DNA of 63,269 nucleotides, the filler included, from a bacterium (GTDB taxonomy: Bacteria > JBDRGX01): NCBI GenBank assembly GCA_043817485.1. It is 5 parts of 5 records of this genome, joined end to end, with 100 filler letters (N's around TTAATTAATTAA, not from the genome) between each part and the next. Parts side by side here need not be neighbours in the genome. Positions count along the whole stretch, not along the records: positions 3,776 to 19,711 come from JBDRGX010000066.1; positions 19,812 to 33,641 come from JBDRGX010000067.1; 3 more parts are not named here. The stretch is one strand, 5' to 3'. The notes below the pieces were generated by a model. The model had not been told where the DNA came from and searched no databases. It saw only the letters and a program-made list of their open reading frames with translations. Made by a program: the position numbers and the translations under genes. Positions 10,603 to 20,062 of this stretch are shown here, in pieces (the first letter of the stretch is position 1; the number at the start of each line of letters is the position of its first letter).

Positions 10603-13501
10603 ATGAATGAAAATATTTTAAAAAAATTAAATAAAGAACAAAAAGAAGCTGTATTTTACAATGAAGGCCATTTTTTAATTATTGCAGGAGCTGGCACTGG
10701 TAAAACAAATACAATCACTTATAAAATTGCTCATTTAATTAATACTAAACAAGCGAAACCAGAAGAAATTTTAGGACTTACATTTACAGAAAAAGCAGCT
10801 TCGGAAATGCAAACACGAGTAGATGTTTTAATTCCTTATGGTTATTCTGAAATGACTATTAGCACTTTTCATTCTTTTGGAGATAAAATTTTACGCGAAA
10901 ATGCTTTTGAAGTTGGATTAAGTTCAGAATATCAAACTTTAAATCAAAGCGAACAATTTTTTTTCATAAAACAATTTTTTTTTAAAATTTCTTGTCTTGA
11001 AAAATATTATTCTTCAAATAATCCTTATCAACGAATTAATTCTTTATTAAAATTAATAAGTCAAGCTAAAGACGAAAACATTAGTCCCGAAGAATATTTA
11101 CTTTATGTTGAAAAAAAAGAAAAAGAATTTGAACAAGAAAAAGATGAAGAAAAAAAACTTTTTTTGAAAAATCACATAATTCAGCAAAAAGAAATTGCTT
11201 TTTTTTACCAAAATTATCAAAAAATAATGGCAGAAAACGATAAAATAGATTTTGGAGATCAAATATATCTTTCCTGTAAAATATTAAAAGAGCATTATTT
11301 AATATTAAAAAATTATCGAGAAAAATATAAATATATTTTAATTGATGAATTTCAAGATACTAATTATGCTCAATTTGAACTAATAAAACTTCTTGTGACT
11401 TCTTCCCATAAATTAACAGTTGTTGGAGATGATGATCAAAGTATTTATAAATTTAGGGGTGCTTCTTTAAGCAATATTTTAAATTTCAAAAATGTATATA
11501 AAAATGCAAAAGAAATTGTTTTAACTGCTAATTATCGTTCTCCACAATCCTTTTTAGATAATGCTTATACATTAATTAAAAATAATAATCCCGAAAGATT
11601 AGAACATCAAAATAATATCAATAAAAAACTTATTTCCCAAAAATCTTCTTGTGAAAAAATTAAATATCTTCCATTTAATTCTCTTGATGAAGAATCTGAT
11701 GCAGTAGCAAAAGAAATTCAAAATTTAGTTGAAAATAAAAAATACAAATATAATGATATTGCTATTTTAGTAAGAGCACATAAAAATGCAGAAATTTTTA
11801 TACAAAGTTTGAATATGCTTGGAATTCCATATCAATTTGAAACACAAAAAAAATTTTTTAATCAGCATGAAATTATACTTTTAATTTCCTTTATTAAAAC
11901 TTTATCTGATTTTAACAATAATATTAGTTTTTATTCATTATCTCGTTCTTCAATTTATAATATTACAATATTTACATTAGTAAATTGTAATTCAGTATCT
12001 AAAAATAGACATAAATCTTTATTTTATATTTTTTCTCATTTAAAAGAATTTCCTGAAATAGATATTTCCCCAGATGATAATGAAAAAATAAAAAAAATAG
12101 TGAAAAATATAGAAGAATATAATTTGCTTTTAGAAACATCTTCTATAGGACAAGTTATGTATCAATTTATTGAAGAGTTTTTAAAAAATTTATTACAAGA
12201 AAAGACATTAGAAAATGAAGAAAAAATGAAAAATATTGGTAGTTTTTTTAATATTATTAAAAGGTTTGAAACTCTTTTTACTTCTAAAAATATTTGGCAA
12301 TTTGAAGAATATTTAGATGGACTTATTAACTTTGATAACCGTATAGAAAATTCAAGTGATATTCTTGAAATAGATGCAATTAATATTTCAACTATTCATA
12401 AAGCAAAAGGATTAGAATTTCCAGTAGTATTTATGGTTAATTTAATAGATGACCAATTTCCTTGTTCTGCAAAAGGAGAAAATAGTATTTCATTACCTTC
12501 TGATTTATTAAAAGATTTACCTATAAAAAGTAATCATATTTCAGAAGAAAGAAGACTTTTTTATGTTGGAATGACTCGAGCAACAAAACTTCTTTATTTT
12601 ACATATGGGCCTGATAAAAGTAAAAAACGAGGAGGAAATAAAGTAAGTAGATTTATTTGTGAATCTCTTAATATTACACCTGTTTCTTCTACAAATTCAA
12701 AAAATTGTGTTCAAGAAATTATTGAAAAATATAAAGAACCACAATCTCCAAAAATAAACATAATAAAAAAAAAATATATCTGAAATAAGTCATCATAAAA
12801 TTTCTGATTATAATAGTTGTCCATTAAAATACAAATATATTCATATTTATAAAATGCCATTGAATAATAATTCTGCAATGGTTTATGGAAATGTAATGCA
12901 TAAAATTATTTATGAATATTATTTAAAAAAGAAATCAAAAACACCAATTTCTCAAGAAAATTTATTAAAAATTCTTGAAAAAAATTGGAGAAATGAAGGT
13001 TTTTTAAGTAGAGAACATGAAGAAGCAAAATTAAAACAAGCAAAAATATCTTTAGAAAATTTTTATAAAAATGAAGAAAAAATAAATTATGCTCCACAAT
13101 ATTTTGAACATACTTTTAATTTTATGCTTGAAAAAACAAAAATTACTGGTAGAATAGATAAAGTAGAAATTTTTGAAAATGAAATAAAAATTACAGATTT
13201 TAAAACTTCGATAATAGAAGATCAAGAAAAAGCAAATAAAAAAACAGAAGAAAGTCTACAACTTTTTATTTATGCTTTAGCTTGGAAAAATATTTATGGT
13301 AAAATTCCAAATATTATTTCTTTACATTATTTAGAATCTGATATTATTGGTATTAGTAAAATAACAGAAAAAAAATTAATAAAAACAGAAGAAAAAATAA
13401 AAGAATGTATTGATGGCATTAATTCTCAAAATTTTTCAGCTATTAAAAATAGTTTTTTTTGTAATACATGTGCTTTTAATGGATTTTGTTCAAAAAATTA
13501 A
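10603..13501 (+). CDS. UvrD/PcrA-like helicase fused to a PD-(D/E)XK nuclease with Fe-S cysteines; frameshift at the A10 run 12765-12774
   Basis: AGAGTGKT, DEFQD, TIHKAKGLE, EERRLFYV. The downstream frame gives YNSCPLKY...GRIDK...DFKT...C..C.F...C. Confidence 0.85.
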
Positions 13502-13536
13502 AATAATTTCATAAACTTTTTTGAAAAAGGAACAAG

Positions 13537-14223
13537 ATGGATAAACAAGAAATAAAAAATATTATAGAATCTCTACTTTTTGTTAGTAATAAACCTGTTT
13601 CTATTACACAAATTATAAAAGTTATTCCTGAAGACAGAGCATTAATACAAATGCTTATAAATGAATTGCAAAATGAATATAATACTCGTTTATCAAGTTT
13701 GCAAATTAGAGAAATAGTTGGCGGGTATCAAATATGCACAAAATCAGAATATTCAGAATGGATAAAAAATTTTCATCAAATAGAAACCTCTACTCATCTT
13801 TCCAAATCTGCATTAGAAACATTAGCCATTATAGCATATAAACAACCATTAACTAAATTAGAAATTGAGACAATAAGAGGTGTAAATGTTGATGGAGTAA
13901 TAGAAACTTTATGTGATAAAAATTTAATAAAAGTCATTGGAAGAAAAAAAGTAATAGGCGCACCTTTTCTTTATGGCACTACTAAAGAATTTTTAAAATA
14001 TTTTGGGTTAAAAGACTTATTTCATTTACCAGAAATAAACAAATTTAAAAATAATTTTACAGAAATAAAACAAGAAGAATTGTCTTTAGAAGAGCCAATA
14101 AATAATGAAAATAGTGAAAATAGCGAAAATGACGAAATTATAGAAAATTTTTCAACACAAAATAATAATATTGAAAACAACCAAATTCAAAATACAAATA
14201 TCGAAACTCAAAATGAATTGTAA
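13537..14223 (+). CDS. scpB: SMC-Scp complex subunit ScpB
   Basis: LSKSALETLAIIAYKQP, EIETIRGV, LYGTTKEFL. Confidence 0.95.
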   Translation: MDKQEIKNIIESLLFVSNKPVSITQIIKVIPEDRALIQMLINELQNEYNTRLSSLQIREIVGGYQICTKSEYSEWIKNFHQIETSTHLSKSALETLAIIAYKQPLTKLEIETIRGVNVDGVIETLCDKNLIKVIGRKKVIGAPFLYGTTKEFLKYFGLKDLFHLPEINKFKNNFTEIKQEELSLEEPINNENSENSENDEIIENFSTQNNNIENNQIQNTNIETQNEL

Positions 14224-14305
14224 TATCAAATGCCTTAAATATATTATTTTAGATTTTTGGTCATTCAAATTTGTTTTGTATTTCGAATTTCGATATTTTT
14301 GATTT
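14183..14305. repeat. Degenerate heptamer (AAATYCG-like) inverted repeat tract
   Basis: aaattcaaaatacaaatatcgaaa ... tttgtatttcgaatttcgatattt; same family as 27935-28010 and 34010-34085. Confidence 0.6.
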
Positions 14306-14340
14306 AATTATTTTTCATATTTATACTAGGAGGTATAATT

Positions 14341-16341
14341 TTGACATCTAAAAATTCCAATAAAAAAATCAAATATAAAAAATTTATTTTTGCGTTTTTA
14401 ATTACTGCAATGTTTGCTATTATTTCAGCATTTGCAACATCTTTATCTTTTGCTATTTATTTTAAAAACTTACCTGATGTAAGTGTTTTAGAAAATTATC
14501 AACCAGATTTGTCTTCTAAAATTTTTTCTGATAAAGGCGAAATAATCGCTCATTTAGGCACTCAAAAAAGAATACTTGTTCCTCTCAAAGAAATTCCTAA
14601 AAAATTAATTCAAGCCACTATTGCTACTGAAGATGCAAGTTTTTATAAACATAAAGGAATAAATGCAAAAGGAATTTTAAGAGCAGTTTTTACTGATGTT
14701 CTTGCTGGAAAAATAGTAGAAGGCGGTAGTAGTATTACTCAACAATTAGCAAAACAATTATTTTTAACTAATAAAAGAACCTTTGATAGAAAATTAAAAG
14801 AATTAATATTAGCTTTACAAATAGAAAAAAAATATTCAAAGGATGAAATATTAGAAATATATTTTAATCAAATTTATTTTGGAGAAGGAGCTTATGGCGT
14901 AGAAACCGCTTCAATATTATATTTTGGAAAAAGTGTTAAATATCTAAATCTTAGCGAATGTGCTTTATTGGCGGGACTACCTAAGGCACCTACCAACTAT
15001 TCTCCTTTCAAATATCCAAATAAAGCAAAAAAAAGACAAATTTTAGTAGCTAAAAGAATGTTAGAAAATGGTTTTATTTCTAAAAAAGATTTTGAAATAA
15101 TAAAAAAATCATCATTTGATTTTTCAAAATTTTCTAAAAGATTAAAATATGGAGCACATTTTGTTGAATACATTAGACAGTATTTAGAAACTAAATATGA
15201 TTTTCATTTAATTTATTCTGGTGGTTTAAAAATATATACAACTCTTAATTTTCAAATGCAACAAATTGCTGAAGATGTTTTTAAAAATAATCTGGATCAA
15301 TTAAAAAAATCTATAAAAAAAGATGATTTGCAAGGTTCTTTTATTGCTATTGAGCCGAAAACAGGTCAAATAAAAACAATGATTGGCGGTTATGAATTTT
15401 CTTCTTCTAATCAATTTAATAGAGCAATTCAAGCTAAAAGACAACCAGGATCCAGTTTCAAAGTATTTGTTTATTTAACTGCTTTAGATAATGGTTTTAC
15501 TCCTGCAAGTATTTTTCTTGATGCACCAGTTGTATTTAAAGGTGCTCAAAGTGGTCAAGATTGGACTCCAACAAATTATGAAGAAGATAAATTTTATGGA
15601 TATATAGGATTAAGAAAAGCATTGGCTCATTCTGTAAATATAGTAGCCATAAAATTATTAGAAAAAGTGGTGCCTGATAGAGTTATTGAATATGCTCAAG
15701 GATTAGGAGTAAAATCTTCTTTAGGAAAAGATCTTTCATTGGCATTAGGAACTTATGAAGTATCTAATTTAGAAATGACGAGTGCTTATGCAACAATTGC
15801 TAATCAAGGTATTTATATACAACCTTTTACTATTTTAAAAATTGAAGATCGAAATGGAAAAGTTTTAGAAAAATATGTTCCAGAAGAAAAAATAGTTTTA
15901 TCGCCAGAAACTACTTATTTAATGACTTCTTTAATGGAAAGTGCTGTAAAAGAGGGAACTTGTTGGAAAGCAAAAGCCCTAAATAGACCTGTGGCAGCAA
16001 AAACTGGTACCACGGATAATTTTACAGATGCTTGGTTTTTGGGCTTTACTCCTCAATTAGCAGCTGGAGTATGGATTGGATTTGATAAAAAAGAACCTAT
16101 TGGATATGGTATGACTGGAGGGATGATTGCTGCACCTATTTGGGTAGAATTTATGCAAAAAGCTTTGCAAGACAAGCCTGTTTTAGATTTTCCAATACCT
16201 GAAAATATTATTTCAGTTGCCATAGATGAAAAAACAGGACTTTTGGCTAATTCTTTTTGTCAAAATGTTACTATGGAAGTATTTAAAAAAGGAACAGAAC
16301 CACAAAATCTTTGTAAATGTAAAAAAAATAAAAGTAAATAA
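14341..16341 (+). CDS. Class A penicillin-binding protein (PBP1A family)
   Basis: EDASFYKHKG, GGSSITQQL, QPGSSFK, SVN and KTGT motifs. Confidence 0.95.
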   Translation: MTSKNSNKKIKYKKFIFAFLITAMFAIISAFATSLSFAIYFKNLPDVSVLENYQPDLSSKIFSDKGEIIAHLGTQKRILVPLKEIPKKLIQATIATEDASFYKHKGINAKGILRAVFTDVLAGKIVEGGSSITQQLAKQLFLTNKRTFDRKLKELILALQIEKKYSKDEILEIYFNQIYFGEGAYGVETASILYFGKSVKYLNLSECALLAGLPKAPTNYSPFKYPNKAKKRQILVAKRMLENGFISKKDFEIIKKSSFDFSKFSKRLKYGAHFVEYIRQYLETKYDFHLIYSGGLKIYTTLNFQMQQIAEDVFKNNLDQLKKSIKKDDLQGSFIAIEPKTGQIKTMIGGYEFSSSNQFNRAIQAKRQPGSSFKVFVYLTALDNGFTPASIFLDAPVVFKGAQSGQDWTPTNYEEDKFYGYIGLRKALAHSVNIVAIKLLEKVVPDRVIEYAQGLGVKSSLGKDLSLALGTYEVSNLEMTSAYATIANQGIYIQPFTILKIEDRNGKVLEKYVPEEKIVLSPETTYLMTSLMESAVKEGTCWKAKALNRPVAAKTGTTDNFTDAWFLGFTPQLAAGVWIGFDKKEPIGYGMTGGMIAAPIWVEFMQKALQDKPVLDFPIPENIISVAIDEKTGLLANSFCQNVTMEVFKKGTEPQNLCKCKKNKSK

Positions 16342-16422
16342 TTTTCATATAATTAATTAAAAAATAAACACAAAAAACAATGTCATTAATAATTTTTGCA
16401 TATTTGCAAAAAAGGAATAAAA

Positions 16423-17214
16423 ATGTTAAATTATAATAATTTATAAAAAATAAATGAAGGAAAAACAAAAATAATTTATTCAAATTCAGAAAATCAAAAA
16501 ACTGTTTTTATGGTTTTTAAAGATGATATTACTGCTGGAGATGGAATAAAACATGATATTATGCAAGGAAAATCTTTAATAGATTGGCAAATCAATAAAG
16601 ATATTTATGAATTATTAAATAAAAAAAATATACCAACTCATTATATTGACTCACCAGAAGAAAAAGTTTGTTTAGTTAAAAAATTAAGCAAAAAAATTAA
16701 TTTAGAAGTAGTTTCAAGAAGAGTTGCTACGGGTTCTATTTTAAAATGGGAAAAAATAGAAGAAGGAGATTTATTTTCTCCTTTAGTCACCCAATTTCAT
16801 TATAAAGATGATTTCCTTCATGATCCAATGTTAAGTGAAAAATTTATTAATTATTTAATTAAAGAAAAAAAATCATCTGAATTTGCCAAAATGAAAGAAT
16901 TAAATATGCAAGTTTTTGAAATTTTAGAAAAATCTTTTGCTTGTTTTAATATTCAGTTAATTGACATTAAAATAGAGTATGGAATTATTGATGAAAAAAT
17001 TTATGTAATTGATGAAATTACTGGCGGATCATTCAGATTATGGCCATATTTACATCAAAATCCCAATTTTAATCAAAAAAATGTTTTGTTAGAATTAAAT
17101 CCAAAAGGAAGATTAGATAAAGATACTTATAGATTTGGAGAAAGTTTAGATACAGTAAATTCAAAATTTAAAGAAATTGCAAAAATAACAGAAAAATTCA
17201 AAGAATTAGCATAA
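16423..17214 (+). CDS. purC: SAICAR synthetase with an in-frame TAA at codon 8 (16444-16446)
   Basis: RBS AAGGA and ATG 16423, then MLNYNNL*KINEGKTKIIY...FKDDITAGDG...DIKIEYG...DEI...SFRLW...DKD. Confidence 0.85.
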
Positions 17215-17403
17215 ATTAACTTTATGTTTTTTTATTATTTTTTGGCCGAAATATGAAAAAATTTTGATTGTCAGTAACTTTATAAATATAATTATATTTC
17301 TTTTAAAACATTAACAATTTTTTGCTCTATTATTTCAATAAGTTTTTTGTTTGCCTTAATATTTTTTTTCTATTTTTTCATTTCAGTGACAAAAGGTGTA
17401 TTT

Positions 17404-18384
17404 ATGATAAATTATATTATTAAACGGCTTTTATATGTTATTCCAATTACTTTGGGAGTAGCATTAATTACATTTTTCCTTTTTCGTGTAGTTGGAGGAA
17501 ATCCAGCTTATATGTTAGCTGGAAAAAGTGCTACAGCAGAACAAATTAAAGAAATTGAACATGAATTAGGATATGATAAACCTTTATTTATAGATGTCAC
17601 TTCTTTCAAAAAATTAAATTTTAAAAAAACATTTGATTCTCAATTTATTTTTCATTTCAAACAAATAATAACTTTTGATTTTGGCAGATCTTATAGAACT
17701 AAACAAAAAATTTCTGAGATAATTGCTCAAGGCATAGGTCCTTCCTTATCATTGTCTATCCCAGCTTTTTTTATGGGAATATTTATTGCTATTAGCATAT
17801 CTTTATTTTGTGCTTTTTATTATAATACATGGATAGATAAAATAATGGTTTTGTTAAGTATTATGGGAATGAGTATTCCTTTTTTAGCTTTTATTATTGC
17901 TGGTCAATATTTTATGGCTTATAAATTAGGATGGTTTGAAATTTCTGGTTATGAATTTGGATTAAGTAGTATAAAATATATTATTCTTCCAGCATTAATT
18001 TGGATAATATCTGCATTAGGAGTGGATGTAAGATTTTTCAGAAATGTTATTTTAGATGAAATTCGTCAAGAATATATAAAAACAGCTTATGCAAAAGGAT
18101 TAAGCAGAAATAAAATTTTATTTAAACATGTTTTGAAAAATGCTATGATTCCTATTATTACTAAAGTTATAATTGCTATTCCTTTTTTATATACGGGATC
18201 TTTACTTTTAGAAAATTTTTTTGGAATACCTGGTTTAGGAAATGTAGGAATTAATGCTATTGCTAATTCTGATTGGCCAATTATCAATGCTTTAACTTTT
18301 ATGGGTTCTGTTTTATTTATTATAGGTAATTTAATTTCAGATATTTGTTATGCATTAGTTGATCCAAGAGTAAGATTAAAATAA
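17404..18384 (+). CDS. Peptide ABC transporter permease (OppB/DppB)
   Basis: YIIKRLL, DFGRSY, EYIKTAYAKGL, DPRVR. Confidence 0.9.
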   Translation: MINYIIKRLLYVIPITLGVALITFFLFRVVGGNPAYMLAGKSATAEQIKEIEHELGYDKPLFIDVTSFKKLNFKKTFDSQFIFHFKQIITFDFGRSYRTKQKISEIIAQGIGPSLSLSIPAFFMGIFIAISISLFCAFYYNTWIDKIMVLLSIMGMSIPFLAFIIAGQYFMAYKLGWFEISGYEFGLSSIKYIILPALIWIISALGVDVRFFRNVILDEIRQEYIKTAYAKGLSRNKILFKHVLKNAMIPIITKVIIAIPFLYTGSLLLENFFGIPGLGNVGINAIANSDWPIINALTFMGSVLFIIGNLISDICYALVDPRVRLK

Positions 18385-18389
18385 TTTTC

Positions 18390-18440
18390 ATACCACAAGT
18401 CACATTCAAACGCTAACTATGTTGGTTTTGTCATCTCCTT
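18390..18440. repeat. Partial copy of the TACCAAGTCGCATTCAAA element end
   Basis: aagtcacattcaaacgctaactatgttgg matches 42563-42605 and 43937-43975. Confidence 0.75.
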
Positions 18441-18495
18441 CTTACCGCCTGTTATTATTTTGAAGGCAAGTTAGTAGAAATAGGAAAATAATGTT

Positions 18496-19380
18496 TTGTT
18501 AAAAGAAATAAACAAAAATATTTATTATGAAGCAATAAGAAAAATTAAAAAAGATAAATTAGCTTTAACTGCTTTTTGGATAATTGTAATTTATATAATT
18601 TTAGCTTTTTTAATTCAATGTAAAATAGTTGCTTTTAACTATGATAAAGAAGTAGGTTTATCTTATGAAAACCCATCTTTTAAACATTTATTTGGAACAG
18701 ATATTTTTGGCAGAGATGTTTTTATTAGAGCAATTTATGCTATTAAAATTTCTATGTCTGTGGGCTTAATTGCTTCTTTAATAGCAATTCCAATTGGTGT
18801 AATTTTAGGTGCTATTGCTGGATTTTTTGGAAAAAAAGTAGATGAATTTATAGTTTGGCTTTATTCAACAATAGCTTCTATTCCCGGCTTGCTTTTAATT
18901 TTGGCTTTTAGTTTAGTATTAAAAGATAAAGTAATTTTTGGAATACAATTAAAAGGAATATATACAGTATATTTAGCCATAGGTCTTACAAGTTGGGTCG
19001 GAATTTGTCGTTTAATAAGAGCCGAAGTAATGAAGCATAAAAAAAGAGAATATGTTTTAGCTGCACAAGCATTAGGTGCAAGTAGTTGGCGTCAAATTTT
19101 TATTCATATACTTCCTAATGTATTTCATTTAATTTTAATTGAATTTTCTCTTGAATTTGTTTATGCAATTAAATCAGAAGTAATTATTAGTTATTTAGGG
19201 TTAGGAGTTCAAAATTTACCAAGTTGGGGAATAATGATTAGTGATGCTAAACAAGAGCTTGCTCGAGGAATTTGGTGGCAATTAGCTGCAGCTTCTTTGT
19301 TTATGTTTATTATAGTTTTATCTTTAAATATTTTTATAGATGCTTTAAGAGAAGCTATTGACCCTAAAATGAAAAAATAA
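18496..19380 (+). CDS. Peptide ABC transporter permease (OppC/DppC)
   Basis: HLFGTDIFGRD, EYVLAAQALGAS, HILPN, PSWG. Confidence 0.9.
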   Translation: MLKEINKNIYYEAIRKIKKDKLALTAFWIIVIYIILAFLIQCKIVAFNYDKEVGLSYENPSFKHLFGTDIFGRDVFIRAIYAIKISMSVGLIASLIAIPIGVILGAIAGFFGKKVDEFIVWLYSTIASIPGLLLILAFSLVLKDKVIFGIQLKGIYTVYLAIGLTSWVGICRLIRAEVMKHKKREYVLAAQALGASSWRQIFIHILPNVFHLILIEFSLEFVYAIKSEVIISYLGLGVQNLPSWGIMISDAKQELARGIWWQLAAASLFMFIIVLSLNIFIDALREAIDPKMKK

Positions 19381-19486
19381 ATTTTAGACTTATAACAAAA
19401 TTAGGCTTATTTAGCAATAAGTCTAATAGTAATTTTAATTAGGGTTAAAAAAAATATTTTTAAAATTAAAATGAGGAAATAATTTT

Positions 19487-19711
19487 ATGAATAAACAAGA
19501 AGCAAAAATTTCAATTGAAAAATTAGTTGAGAAATATCAAAGAGTTGTAGAAGTTGGTAAGATAAAATCCTATAACGAGGCACAAACTCGCAATGAATTT
19601 ATTGAGCCGCTTTTTGAATCTCTTGGTTGGGATATGAGAAATCTCACGATAGACAATGAAGTTACCACAGAAGAAAATGTTTCTGGTGGCAGGGTTGATT
19701 TGGCTTTCCGC
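19487..19711 (+). CDS. Restriction-modification enzyme N-terminal nuclease domain (HsdR_N/Type IIG-like), truncated by the contig end
   Basis: NEAQTRNEFIEPLFESLGWD...EE...GRVDLAF; higher GC than neighbours. Confidence 0.75.
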
Positions 19712-19811
19712 NNNNNNNNNNNNNNNNNNNNNNNNNNNNNNNNNNNNNNNNNNNNTTAATTAATTAANNNNNNNNNNNNNNNNNNNNNNNNNNNNNNNNN
19801 NNNNNNNNNNN
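19712..19811. other. Artificial contig linker
   Basis: N-run with TTAATTAATTAA. Confidence 0.98.
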
Positions 19812-19952
19812 AGTCTTTATATCAACTAATTTAAGTCTTTATATATACAATTGATAATTAATGGCAAAACTATCCCATATATAGTATTTATTGCTAATAT
19901 TGGCACAACATTGTATACTTCTCATGCCAAATTTCTATTGCGACACAGTCTC
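19812..19952. mobile_element. Right end of a repeated element (TIR TTGCGACACAGTCTC)
   Basis: 141 bp, identical to 33742-33882 except one base; followed by the REP half ggctgttcgccattac. Confidence 0.85.
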
Positions 19953-20062
19953 GGCTGTTCGCCATTACACAGATTTACAAATGATAATAAATGTTTTTTT
20001 TAATTATTTTAAATGAAAAAATTAAATTAAATATATAGTTTGAAATAAATAGGAGATATCAA

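Noticed and set aside
16444-16446. Stop-codon reassignment (TAA read-through)
   Set aside because: TAA, TAG and TGA all terminate conserved genes at expected positions, and tRNA-Trp has a normal CCA anticodon.
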